Shown here piece by piece: positions 27,886-37,058 of a stretch of 64,000 nucleotides of DNA. The stretch lies in the IMG/VR virus record IMGVR_UViG_3300045988_171772, positions 128,001 through 192,000 of that record. One strand, given 5' to 3'. Every line of letters starts with the position of its first letter. The stretch's first letter is position 1. Below the pieces are notes generated by a model that was not told where the DNA came from, ran no database searches, and was given only the letters and a program-made list of their open reading frames with translations. The stretch is from a virus. The translations under genes and the position numbers were made by a program.

Positions 27886-28965
27886 ATGGCTCAGAAGCTC
27901 ATGTTCCCCATGAAGACTCTGAATGTCTCCCAGGGGTATGGTGTCTCTGTGGAGGGTGTTGCTGCAAATACCTTCTCTCATAAGGGAACCAATTGTATCG
28001 ATATTTGCGGTAAAGACACTGGTCAGCAGTATACCTATGCCATGTGTGACTGTGTTGTGAAACGCATTTACAATGGCAATACTGCTTCTTCCAAGTGTAA
28101 CTTTACTTGGTATGAATCTACTGCTCCTGTGCAGACTCGTAAGCATGGTCTGGTTTATGTGAACTGGATCCAGGCTCACTGCAACAATGAGGATATTACC
28201 AAATTGGGTATCCGGGTTGGTAAAGTCTTTAAGCAGGGTGAGATCTGCGGAAGAGAGGGTACCGCTGGTAAAGCCACTGGTAACCATGTCCATATCAGTC
28301 TCGGAATTGGTAAATTCCAGGGAACTGGTTGGTATGAGACTTCCTCTGGTAACTGGCAGTGCTACAATCCTGCTTATCTGAATCAGGAGTGCTATCTGGC
28401 TGCTGATACCGTTATTATCCGCTCTGGTGGATATAACTGGGTTAAGCTGTCTGATTCTACTTCTACTGTCACTCCTCCGACCACTGGTTCTTCGGAATCC
28501 ACCTATACCAAAGGAGCTGCTGTTCGTCTTATCAATGACAAGCTGTATACTGTTTCCTCTGGTACTTCTGGTGTTACCAAGAGTGGTGTCTTCTACATCT
28601 ATGATGGAAAACTCACCAATGGTCGTTATCGTGTCACCAACAATCCCCGCTATTGCAATGACAAGACTCTGAATGTCTCTCATGTATCTGGTTGGGTGAT
28701 TCCCTCTGAAGTGGATAGTGTCTCCAACACGACTTCTTCCACTGCTCCCTATATTGGGAAACCTGTGAAACTGAGTGATCAGAAGCTCTATACTTCTTCT
28801 ACCGGTACCACGGGTTATACCAAATATCAGACCTATTACATCTATGACAATGCTCCTGTGAATAACCGGTATAGAGTCACCAACTCTACCGCCAGAGTTT
28901 ACAAAGGAACCTTTGTCGCCTCCAACGTTTCTGGATGGGTAGATGCTTCTCTTGTCTCTAAGTAA
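27886..28965 (+). CDS. endolysin: M23 (LytM-type) peptidase with two SH3b-like cell-wall-binding repeats
   Basis: H-x-D (SHKGTNCID) and HxH (GNHVHIS) motifs; two about 70-aa repeats ending ...NRYRVTN...VSGWV; AAAGGAGAG SD. Confidence 0.8.
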   Translation: MAQKLMFPMKTLNVSQGYGVSVEGVAANTFSHKGTNCIDICGKDTGQQYTYAMCDCVVKRIYNGNTASSKCNFTWYESTAPVQTRKHGLVYVNWIQAHCNNEDITKLGIRVGKVFKQGEICGREGTAGKATGNHVHISLGIGKFQGTGWYETSSGNWQCYNPAYLNQECYLAADTVIIRSGGYNWVKLSDSTSTVTPPTTGSSESTYTKGAAVRLINDKLYTVSSGTSGVTKSGVFYIYDGKLTNGRYRVTNNPRYCNDKTLNVSHVSGWVIPSEVDSVSNTTSSTAPYIGKPVKLSDQKLYTSSTGTTGYTKYQTYYIYDNAPVNNRYRVTNSTARVYKGTFVASNVSGWVDASLVSK

Positions 28966-28972
28966 GAGATAA

Positions 28973-29021
28973 AAAGAATGGATATGAGATCTCTATTACA
29001 AGACTCATATCCATTCTTTTA
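28973..29021. terminator. bidirectional terminator (AAAGAATGGATATGAG / CTCATATCCATTCTTT)
   Basis: 16-bp stem; overlaps the stop codon of the minus-strand gene. Confidence 0.6.
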
Positions 29022-29489
29022 TTTTCCTCTGACAAAGATGATGTAGGATAAATATACCCATAAGATAATTACAGGTAATGTCAAGAAACCAAAGATTTCT
29101 AACATATTTGTGATATCTGCATTCAGTCTCATACCAATAAAGGGTACCACAATTGCAAAGCTCATTAAAAGCTTCTTAACTTCTATCATGAAATTGATCA
29201 ATCTAGGAGTTACATATCGATCATTTCGATCTCTATTTGGTAAGAATCGAAATTGAAGGATCACCAATAACTCTGTCAATATATACGGAAGCATATCCCC
29301 AATGACAAATGCAATAGCTACCATGACAATCGCTGATAGAGGATCTTCATCCATAAAACATTGGATAGCACATAACACTGCAAAGAAGAATAACTCTGGT
29401 CTCATTCTCTTTCCTATGATGCTCAATAACTTAGCAGGTTCCTCATTGAAGGTAGATGTCACTGGTACATAGATGACACAGAGAATCAT
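29019..29489 (-). CDS. membrane protein (156 aa; start uncertain, alternative ATG at 29405)
   Basis: Hydrophobic ORF; no clear SD at 29489, AGGAAAGAG before the internal ATG. Confidence 0.55.
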   Translation of the reverse strand: MILCVIYVPVTSTFNEEPAKLLSIIGKRMRPELFFFAVLCAIQCFMDEDPLSAIVMVAIAFVIGDMLPYILTELLVILQFRFLPNRDRNDRYVTPRLINFMIEVKKLLMSFAIVVPFIGMRLNADITNMLEIFGFLTLPVIILWVYLSYIIFVRGK

Positions 29490-29699
29490 GTCAAATAGAT
29501 TGGATAGAATTCTAGATAATGAAATTCACCAGAATAATTCAAAGATCTTTCTAGCTGTTTCCATAAATATATTACATTCCTTTCATGTCCGTAGAAAATT
29601 ACTATATGGTCAAAACGATATTAAAATAATGGAAAGGCTTGTCATATCACTTTTAAAAAGAGAAAATATGACATAAAAATAAAATTGCTATTCTCTCTT

Positions 29700-29862
29700 A
29701 CTGGGATTCTTTAGACAGCATTGCGTACACATCTGCGAGCAGTTTTGCACCTGAAGTCAATCGGATGACATCCAACCGCCTTTCTTTTGTACACACACTT
29801 CTTTCATACCTACAGAACTCCTTGTATTTACCCTGCCTACGGTTACCTGAAAGAATCCCAGT
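29700..29862. ncRNA. candidate structured RNA of about 160 nt closed by a 13-bp helix
   Basis: ACTGGGATTCTTT (29700-12) pairs with AAAGAATCCCAGT (29850-62). Interior is GC-enriched and lies directly beside the hairpin at 29871-29917. Confidence 0.3.
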
Positions 29863-29870
29863 TTGTTTAA

Positions 29871-29917
29871 AATACCCCGTTATCATCCATTTCTCATACG
29901 GATGATAACGGGGTATT
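29871..29917. terminator. 18-bp terminator downstream of the RNAP gene (AATACCCCGTTATCATCC / GGATGATAACGGGGTATT)
   Basis: Perfect stem, T-rich on both strands. Confidence 0.7.
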
Positions 29918-29926
29918 TGTGTCCTT

Positions 29927-31624
29927 TTATTCTGCTTTGGTTAAGTTATAGAAGGTGAGATAAGCCTCATTCTGTACCACTCGGATCAATTCCTGATCTT
30001 CTGTGATATAATGCTTGGGAGACTTCAGAAGTTTCTCAGCTTCTTCATTGGCTTCCTGAGTAAAGACCATCTTCTCTGTAATCTGGTCACCGTCATAGTC
30101 TCCTCCCAGACCTTTCAGATAGGGAACGGACATTGTGACAGTATCCACAAAAAGAGTAGACACTCTAGATTCAGGAAGACTCGGATCAATCACAGGATAG
30201 TATTTGTATTCTTTTCCCATGACTGTCATCTTGGTAGTCTTCAGAGTAGAGAGAATAAATACTCTAGACGGGAAGATACCAAAATAGTCAGTCAGAGGAT
30301 ATCTTGTGATATAGACATGCTTATCCGCAAGACAGTTATTAGCACAGATATAGAGAAGATCAGTCCAGGTAAAGACTCTATTTGAGATATCTTTCCCTGC
30401 ATCTGGATTCTTCGGGTTATATTTCGTATCCCCAGGGAATCTAAAAGGAAATTCTCCTTCTTCTGTAGGAATCATAACCGGTCTAAATCGTACACCGGGT
30501 GTATTGATCCAGAGATCAATCTGTTTCTGGACATAGTCTTCGGTATACATGGACATCGGTTCATCGAGATTGATCAATCTCACTTTCCCATCTTTTCCCC
30601 GAATGGGATATCTGGTACCAATGGCTTCAAACAACTGTCTCATGAATTCCAAGACTTCCGCTTTCATGAAGGGGAATCCCATGACACAGAGTTGAGCCAG
30701 AGGAAATCCAGTGGAATACATATCGATCGGATTATCATCAGGGGTATCATACATATCCATGTTGACACAAGAGATAACACTCCGATATCCATAGTCAATG
30801 GATTTACCTAAGACACTCTTTTTGAAGAATCCATGCTTCAATTGGACAAGACTCTGACCATACTTTCTGATATTGAGTAATGTCTGCTGAATCATGAATT
30901 TGGTATTATGTGCCATAGAGGGAATCGGACTTCTCTGATAGAATTGAGCATAACGAATCAAATCGCAATACCACTTATCAATATCCGGAGTCTTTTCGAT
31001 TCCAGATACAGTCTGAATCTCCCTATAGAATACCGGAATGACCAACCACTTTGTGATGACAATGTCTTCCTTCTTATAGGAAGCAAGAAGTTTCACTCTC
31101 TGGTCTCTGATACGAGAAGAGTTTCTCTTCCATTTAAAATCATCCCAATGATCAATCAACCAGTCAATACCAGTAGCCTCAGGATCATAATTGGGTTCTG
31201 TCTCCAGAATCTCTTTGATCTGTCCATCCTTGTCAACACTCCAAGATCCCTGTCCAGCTACAATCTTGGACATGGTATTCTTAGGAATGACGTTGGATAG
31301 AATCTGGTAGATATAAGGATGAAACACTCTGGTACCGATATCAATATAAGAGAATTTCGTCCTTCTCTCATCCGGCGTCACACCAAAAATATAGGGGGAG
31401 AATACACCATCAGAAGTGAATACTCCTCCTCTTTCTTTGGCAGTTGCATTGGTAACTGGGATCATCTTATTTCTCTCGGCATTGAATTCAATAAACTTAT
31501 CCGTGATGATGTCAATGTACATGGGAGAATCATCAGATCCCGCAGTAGGGTTCTTTACACCCTCTAAGGCAGCAACAGTAGAATCCGGAACGAAGTCTTC
31601 TGTCATTTTCCAAAAATTCTTCAT
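29927..31624 (-). CDS. multisubunit RNA polymerase beta-prime-like subunit, N-terminal fragment (catalytic DYDGD)
   Basis: Colinear beta-prime motifs: GVFSPYIFG, WLVIPVFYREIQ, KHGFFKKSVLGKSIDYGYRSVIS, ITRYPLTDYFGIFPSRV and GGDYDGDQI (NADFDGD equivalent). Confidence 0.85.
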   Translation of the reverse strand: MKNFWKMTEDFVPDSTVAALEGVKNPTAGSDDSPMYIDIITDKFIEFNAERNKMIPVTNATAKERGGVFTSDGVFSPYIFGVTPDERRTKFSYIDIGTRVFHPYIYQILSNVIPKNTMSKIVAGQGSWSVDKDGQIKEILETEPNYDPEATGIDWLIDHWDDFKWKRNSSRIRDQRVKLLASYKKEDIVITKWLVIPVFYREIQTVSGIEKTPDIDKWYCDLIRYAQFYQRSPIPSMAHNTKFMIQQTLLNIRKYGQSLVQLKHGFFKKSVLGKSIDYGYRSVISCVNMDMYDTPDDNPIDMYSTGFPLAQLCVMGFPFMKAEVLEFMRQLFEAIGTRYPIRGKDGKVRLINLDEPMSMYTEDYVQKQIDLWINTPGVRFRPVMIPTEEGEFPFRFPGDTKYNPKNPDAGKDISNRVFTWTDLLYICANNCLADKHVYITRYPLTDYFGIFPSRVFILSTLKTTKMTVMGKEYKYYPVIDPSLPESRVSTLFVDTVTMSVPYLKGLGGDYDGDQITEKMVFTQEANEEAEKLLKSPKHYITEDQELIRVVQNEAYLTFYNLTKAE

Positions 31625-31650
31625 TTGGAGTTTCCTCCTATATGAGATTT

Positions 31651-31679
31651 CTTATACGATCATTTAGAATCTTGTCCAA
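31651..31679 (-). promoter_or_regulatory. sigma70-like promoter TTGGAC-N17-TATAAG upstream of the RNAP gene
   Basis: Hexamers read on the minus strand with exact 17-nt spacing, about 25 nt upstream of the SD. Confidence 0.4.
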
Positions 31680-31686
31680 AATGAAG

Positions 31687-31746
31687 AAAAAAGAAGGTAC
31701 CATAATTCTCAATAAATGTCGAGAGATTGTGGTACCTTCTTTTTTG
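31687..31746. terminator. long bidirectional hairpin (AAAAAAGAAGGTACCA... / ...TGGTACCTTCTTTTTT)
   Basis: About 20-bp imperfect stem flanked by an A-run and a T-run. Confidence 0.6.
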
Positions 31747-31851
31747 AAGAGTGAAGCGACATGGATCTTTTTCCTATATTCAATTTTCTAGATATACGAA
31801 AGGATATTGAATATATATAGATCACCTTTCTACTCTTTACAAGGAATTGGA

Positions 31852-32556
31852 TTAGAAGATCAGGTCATTCTTCATGAAGCTCGTAAAACTATAAGGAACC
31901 GGATCTGCTTTATAATAGTATCTCTTCAATCTTTCTTCTGCAGCCCTCCATGTGTACTCAGCTCTCTCACGATGGTTGTTAGTTACGGTATTGGCATACT
32001 TTACCCTGATATTCGATTGACTATTCTGATCATTCATCTCAAGAATCTTCTGAGGGAGATGGACATCATAGAGAATATTGAGAAGAAATTGGAATTCTTC
32101 TTCGGTGACAAATTTGATGGCCCGATATCCTTCCAATTTTTGAAGTTCCGGAGTCATTGCAAATGCTCTGGATTTGCTTCCAAAAATATATGCCTTCATA
32201 TGACCTTCATCAAACTCAAAGATATGCGTCAAGAGATTCATCATCTCACTCAAAGTTTCCGGACTTCTCCTATCCTGAGACTTAGCATCATGAACCTTGA
32301 TAACCATCTCATCTGGACTGCATAAGGTATTATAGAAGAATCGGTACATCATCATGGTCGAGAAGATATGGTCATCCATCGTGAAATACTTCCCCAACAT
32401 GTCATGAGGTCTTGGTACAAAGACTGGTTTCCAGAATACTCCATCTGGTTTCAGAGATCGATTCCCTTGCTCCCAGCATGTCATAAAGAAGTGACAAAAC
32501 TTTGCTCCATTGTATGTCCCAAAGTATGGGGCATAATAATAGTGATAGGTCTTCAT
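31852..32556 (-). CDS. hypothetical protein (234 aa)
   Basis: ORF with AAAGGAG about 14 nt upstream. Confidence 0.7.
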   Translation of the reverse strand: MKTYHYYYAPYFGTYNGAKFCHFFMTCWEQGNRSLKPDGVFWKPVFVPRPHDMLGKYFTMDDHIFSTMMMYRFFYNTLCSPDEMVIKVHDAKSQDRRSPETLSEMMNLLTHIFEFDEGHMKAYIFGSKSRAFAMTPELQKLEGYRAIKFVTEEEFQFLLNILYDVHLPQKILEMNDQNSQSNIRVKYANTVTNNHRERAEYTWRAAEERLKRYYYKADPVPYSFTSFMKNDLIF

Positions 32557-32598
32557 CTTGTATTAGATTACTCCTTTCTTGAGAGATAAAAGATTCTA

Positions 32599-33393
32599 TC
32601 AACCAGGACCAAACTTCTGGTTGATAGAATACTCACCAAGCCACTTGTAATAGCAATTGCCAATATCGATTCGATTGTTGGATCGATACTCATTCTTCTT
32701 TCTGGTACAGAGCATCTCCTCTAGAGAATGTACCGTATAGTCGGGACTACGATTTCCCAATGCCATCTCATAACAGTCTTCTCTTGCCTTATAGACAACA
32801 TCCCGATTCCATACATGCTTATTATAGAGATCCATAGAGATAATCTCAAATCTGGTATCACACTTCTGATCCCATAAGAGAGTATGAACTCCAAAGAGAT
32901 TCAGATCTGTACATTTCCATCTCTTTGGAGAATTCACAAACTTTATGGTTTTTTCAAGCTTTGCTTTCAGAGCTGGTTCCACCATGAATTTGAAAGTTAT
33001 CTTCTGCTCTGGTAGTGGCAATACCGGGCCAAACAGAATACAGGTCTGCAGATAGTCAATAATACCACACAATGCATGATCAAAGACATTCTCTATATCC
33101 AGATACTCTTTTGAGTTATGATACATTATACCAGGATCAAAGTCCCATCGTATTGATACAATCGGAATCTCAGATAGACCATTCTGCCAATAAGCCTGAT
33201 AAGCACCCGAAGAACCATTCTTCACAAACTCAATCAAGATATAGAAGGTCTTCTTCGCACTGAGGCTAATTGACTTCATATAGAATTCTTGATTCCGTAT
33301 ATGAGGTTCATGCTTCTTCAGAATCTCATTCAGATCATCTAGACTCTCTGGTAAGGGAGTATCGACCCCACCAAACATCTTAACGCTTTGCAT
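32599..33393 (-). CDS. hypothetical protein (start uncertain: ATG 33393, or GTG 33420 as in the track)
   Basis: GGAGG 15 nt upstream of ATG 33393. Confidence 0.65.
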   Translation of the reverse strand: MQSVKMFGGVDTPLPESLDDLNEILKKHEPHIRNQEFYMKSISLSAKKTFYILIEFVKNGSSGAYQAYWQNGLSEIPIVSIRWDFDPGIMYHNSKEYLDIENVFDHALCGIIDYLQTCILFGPVLPLPEQKITFKFMVEPALKAKLEKTIKFVNSPKRWKCTDLNLFGVHTLLWDQKCDTRFEIISMDLYNKHVWNRDVVYKAREDCYEMALGNRSPDYTVHSLEEMLCTRKKNEYRSNNRIDIGNCYYKWLGEYSINQKFGPG

Positions 33394-33559
33394 AAAAGTG
33401 TTATAACGCCTCCATTTCACCTTCCAAGATAGGGGCCTCTACAGCTGACTCCAATACACCTCCTTATATCACTATAATCCTATCTTGTCTATCTAAATCA
33501 TATATGGTTTTATTATTTTATCTGAAGTAAGTCTCTCTTATAGTATTACCTAGATGAAT

Positions 33560-33927
33560 ATATTTACAAGTGGAGCGTAAGCGAAACGGCTCAGATGAAT
33601 TCATACACTATATCCAATCTACCTGGAGGCAATACCGAGTTGTCTAGAAAACTTGTCAGACATGGACGAAAGCGGAGCGGCGATTTATGTGCCTGGAACG
33701 CAGTGCAAGGTCATAAATCGGTAGTACCATGTCTGGGGGTGTGGGGTGATGTACCCCCACGCGCCTAAGCGAACGAAACGAAGTGTAGTGAGTGTGGCAA
33801 GACTTTCCTATAAAAATTTAAATCGATATTAGGTGGAAGCTATTCCTAGCGGACACCTAATATCGCACTCATAAACTAAAGTTGTGATCTTCTTCTATAT
33901 AATTCTTATTATAGAAGAATAATTTTG
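33560..33927 (+). ncRNA. candidate structured RNA domain 1 (GC-rich, nested helices, G/C pseudoknot-like hairpin)
   Basis: Helices 33657-65/33727-35 (9 bp), 33681-89/33712-20 (9 bp) and GTGGGG/CCCCAC 33741-46/33755-60. Repeated TAAGCGAA(A)CG words. Ends at hairpin 33890-33919 followed by TAATTTT. Confidence 0.35.
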
Positions 33928-34147
33928 GCGGAAGGTTTTGAAGATTCATTGAAACGCTGGCTTTTACGTTTCCGACACTACGTGTCTCCAACTAGCCAGC
34001 TGGGGTATTTCTTTCTAAAGAGAAAGAAATACAAGGTAAAAGATTAAAGATAGGAAAACGGAAAAAGTAAACGAAACCAGTGTATCAAGATGTTTACGAT
34101 ACCAGTTATAGTATATGCTCCTAATACTAGAGTATTGACCTTCCGCC
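33927..34147 (+). ncRNA. candidate structured RNA domain 2 (multi-helix junction of about 220 nt closed by a 10-bp helix)
   Basis: GGCGGAAGGT (33927-36) pairs with ACCTTCCGCC (34138-47). Inner helices: 33956-61/33995-34000, 33974-78/33982-86 and a 12-bp hairpin at 34005-16/34021-32. Confidence 0.35.
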
Positions 34148-34337
34148 CCTATTCAATCGTTGCGCGGTCCGTAAAAATTTATTACACCTCTTTCTCCAAT
34201 GAAATACGAGGATTTTGAGTATAATAAGATTTTGGACCCTATTTCAAAAATGATTTCCCAAAATAAAATCTGCAAGGCCTTTGCAAAAAATGTTGAGATG
34301 ATGTCCTCCAACTAAAAGATGAAATTAAAAAGATACC

Positions 34338-34385
34338 AAAATCTCATTATATCTCTTATGAGACATGCGAAATGAGATTTTTTGA
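34338..34385. terminator. terminator hairpin (AAAATCTCATT / AATGAGATTTT)
   Basis: 11-bp stem followed by a T-run. Confidence 0.5.
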
Positions 34386-34574
34386 GTGAGCAAAGATTTT
34401 TTATGTCGAGTTTTAGCATACCTTCTCTGAGAGCCTTCTATATCTGCTCTGAGAGAAGTCGATTTGCTCTAAAACCGTTTGAGACTTTTGAAGGTATTTC
34501 ATCTTCATATGACTCGGTATATAGGCTTATCCTAGAACTCACTAATAAAATTCATCCTGGAGGTAATGAATACA

Positions 34575-35414
34575 ATGGCAAGCGAATTTAATTATTACGC
34601 AGTCATGGAAGATACCTCACCAGCTGGGTATAATACACGCTCGAATATGGGCGTTCAAGAGAATGTCGTGCATGGAGAAACGAGGTCTCTTCGGTTCCGT
34701 GCATGTCTTCAGAGTTTTGGAAGACGAAATCGGAATGGAAGATTGTGGAGAGCTGATATGATGAAGAAAGCTCTGGCAGCTCCTACCATTGTCGAACTTA
34801 TCCAGAAAGGTGACTTTGCTGGAGAGAATGGTCATCCCATTGCTCAGGTTGGTGAAACTTCTATTTCCAGAATTGCTACGATTGATCCTAACAATGTGTG
34901 TCATCGTATCACTGCATTGGAATGGAGTGGAGATCTTGTCTATGGTACCGTAGAGACGATTGATGATATCAATGGTCCTGGTGCTAAGTTGATGAGATCC
35001 ATTATGCAAGGTATGGAACCTGCATTCTCTGTGAGAGCATTGGTACCTCAGAGAAAGAATGCGGATGGTACCTGGGATGTTACTGGAGTAGGTAGAGTGA
35101 TTACCTATGACAGAGTATTCCTTCCTTCTCATATGGAAGCTTATAGAGACCAGAATGTGGATATCAAGATGGTCACTCATGACAATACCTATCAGCAGGT
35201 ATTGGAAAGTTTTGTCTATCCCTATATCTCTTCTCATAGTGATAGAGTGAAGTATGCTACTGACAATACTCAGGTAGCTATGGAGAGTGCACATTATGAT
35301 CCTAAGTCTGGATTGTATAGTGTGAATACTTCTGACAGAAATAGAAGCAGAGTATTCGTTCCTATTGAGAAGAGACTTCAGAAAGAGATGAATGATCTCC
35401 TGAAGAATCTGTAA
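34575..35414 (+). CDS. prohead maturation protease (T4 gp21-like)
   Basis: RRNRNGRLW, FAGENGHP and GPGAKL...AFSVRAL align with remembered gp21 motifs NRNKRLY, LGELNHP and GPGDKL...GVSSRGL. The ATG at 34575 is better spaced from GGAGG than 34566. Confidence 0.85.
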   Translation: MASEFNYYAVMEDTSPAGYNTRSNMGVQENVVHGETRSLRFRACLQSFGRRNRNGRLWRADMMKKALAAPTIVELIQKGDFAGENGHPIAQVGETSISRIATIDPNNVCHRITALEWSGDLVYGTVETIDDINGPGAKLMRSIMQGMEPAFSVRALVPQRKNADGTWDVTGVGRVITYDRVFLPSHMEAYRDQNVDIKMVTHDNTYQQVLESFVYPYISSHSDRVKYATDNTQVAMESAHYDPKSGLYSVNTSDRNRSRVFVPIEKRLQKEMNDLLKNL

Positions 35415-35429
35415 AAACGAAGAAAAAAT

Positions 35430-35487
35430 AAAGGCCCTTGGTAAAAGTAAGATTTTTACATCTTATACTCTACCAAGGGCCTTTTAT
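35430..35487. terminator. bidirectional terminator (AAAGGCCCTTGGTA / TACCAAGGGCCTTT)
   Basis: 14-bp outer stem between convergent genes. Confidence 0.6.
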
Positions 35488-35506
35488 AGCCTCCTTTTCT
35501 TTTTCT

Positions 35507-35794
35507 TTACCAGAGATGAAGACCGGCTTTCCGATCCTCTTTCATCTGGTTCTTCGCCTTAATGAAATAATCCATGATGTTAGTATCATACATGGATATT
35601 TCGTGATAGGTTGCAGTCGCGATGGCCTTTTTGATCCACCCTTCCGGATTTTCGGCATCGATAAGGAAAAAGAGATCCTTGTGCCCTTGCATTCCTATCT
35701 CCTTTTCTCTTTTCAAAATGTCGATCAACGTATCCACAATGACAAATGAATCAATGGATTTCATTTGCCCCGGAAGAAACATATTTTCTCTCAT
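35507..35794 (-). CDS. hypothetical protein (95 aa)
   Basis: AAAGGAG SD upstream of ATG. Confidence 0.7.
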   Translation of the reverse strand: MRENMFLPGQMKSIDSFVIVDTLIDILKREKEIGMQGHKDLFFLIDAENPEGWIKKAIATATYHEISMYDTNIMDYFIKAKNQMKEDRKAGLHLW

Positions 35795-35813
35795 ATTATT
35801 TACTCCTTTCTTA

Positions 35814-36506
35814 TTAAACCCGTCCGATTTTCCGGATGATGTTCATGCCGTCTCCAGGTTTAAGGCCCAGAAGCTTTTCAAGCTTTACGACGGCTGTATA
35901 GTTTTCATATCCGGTCGTGTACACGTTTTCGCTGTTTCCATATACAACATTGATCTTGGTATCATCCCCAAGATCAAACGTGATGGATTCGACGAAACCG
36001 AAATCTCCCTGGTCGAGGACATATTCATTGACCGGAATAATCCTGTCACCGATCTTCAGGGTATAAGCATACTCAGATTCAGACCAGTCTTCACTGAGTG
36101 CTGATTTCGAATCCATTGAGATGGAGAATGCATCCGCTTCATCGTCATCGTAACGATGAGCATATCTCATCTCCGAGCACATTTCAATGAGCTCCTCCTC
36201 AATAAACGCTTGAAGACTATAAATAGAGAAGGATCGGCATCCCAGTCTTTTTGTCAGGATGTCGACGTGCTTATCGGATTTAAGGTCGTAGGCCTTACCC
36301 CCGAAGTGAATACTGGCTTCGAAGTCAGTATTATACGTATCGTCGGCAGACCCAACTACCTCCAGCCGGCAACATTTTCCGTTCTGGAGATACACCATGT
36401 CGGTAAATTTAACCCTGATGTAAAACTCGGGATAATGTTCAGTGCCATCGAGGAACTGAACTTTCCGAGTTTCAATATAACGGATACCCACAGTTTTAGT
36501 TTTCAT
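35814..36506 (-). CDS. hypothetical protein (230 aa)
   Basis: AAAGGAGA SD upstream of ATG. Confidence 0.75.
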   Translation of the reverse strand: MKTKTVGIRYIETRKVQFLDGTEHYPEFYIRVKFTDMVYLQNGKCCRLEVVGSADDTYNTDFEASIHFGGKAYDLKSDKHVDILTKRLGCRSFSIYSLQAFIEEELIEMCSEMRYAHRYDDDEADAFSISMDSKSALSEDWSESEYAYTLKIGDRIIPVNEYVLDQGDFGFVESITFDLGDDTKINVVYGNSENVYTTGYENYTAVVKLEKLLGLKPGDGMNIIRKIGRV

Positions 36507-36532
36507 TTTTATCTTTCTCCTTTTTTGATTTA

Positions 36533-36889
36533 TTAACCAAGATTATCCAGATTCAAAGAATCGAAGAGAGCGATTGCTTTTTCAACCTTTTCGGAAGAGA
36601 CAGTGATATCTTCACCACTCTCTTTCTGGATGATGGCGATGATTAAGGGACGGATGGTATTGAGCATCTCTTCGACTCTATCATAGTCTCTCAGTACCGC
36701 ATTGGTATTTTCCTCGATCTTGCGAATTGCTTCATCCGCTTCTTTGAAACTCCCATACTTGATACCAAGCATCCGGCATTCATGTTTAGTCTCTTCACAG
36801 TTTTTGATTATTTCTTTCCGATTCTTTTCCAGAGTCCATTCTGCTGCCATGAACCGGACGATCAGATTGTTAATATCGTTGATATTCAT
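36533..36889 (-). CDS. hypothetical helical protein (118 aa)
   Basis: AAAGGAGA SD upstream of ATG. Confidence 0.7.
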   Translation of the reverse strand: MNINDINNLIVRFMAAEWTLEKNRKEIIKNCEETKHECRMLGIKYGSFKEADEAIRKIEENTNAVLRDYDRVEEMLNTIRPLIIAIIQKESGEDITVSSEKVEKAIALFDSLNLDNLG

Positions 36890-37000
36890 ATGAAATCTCC
36901 TTTGTGATTTATTTTATTTCTGCTTCCATACTGAGATAAAAGGTTCCATCTTCCTCTTATCTTACTAAAATAATATATTGAGATTCACCATGGACTTTTC

Positions 37001-37051
37001 GAAAAAGAAATGGGTATATTTGAGGTTGTATCTATCCTCAAATATACCCAT
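37001..37051 (-). terminator. terminator (ATGGGTATATTTGAGG / CCTCAAATATACCCAT)
   Basis: 16-bp stem with a T-run on the minus strand. Confidence 0.6.
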
Positions 37052-37058
37052 ATAAAGA

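Noticed and set aside
29698-29886. 62-aa minus-strand ORF downstream of the RNAP gene
   Set aside because: Its ATG lies inside the 3' arm of the 18-bp terminator stem, there is no SD, and it spans the 13-bp closing helix.
33769-33813. tmRNA-like tag frame (GCG AAC GAA ACG ... TAA) near a G5/C5 T-arm-like hairpin
   Set aside because: There is no acceptor/T-arm/CCA tRNA-like domain, the tag does not end in the usual hydrophobic ..LAA-type sequence, and no GGGG 5' end pairs with a 3' end.
34382-34591. 69-aa ORF overlapping the protease start
   Set aside because: It starts within the terminator tail, has no SD, and overlaps the SD and start of the well-supported protease gene.
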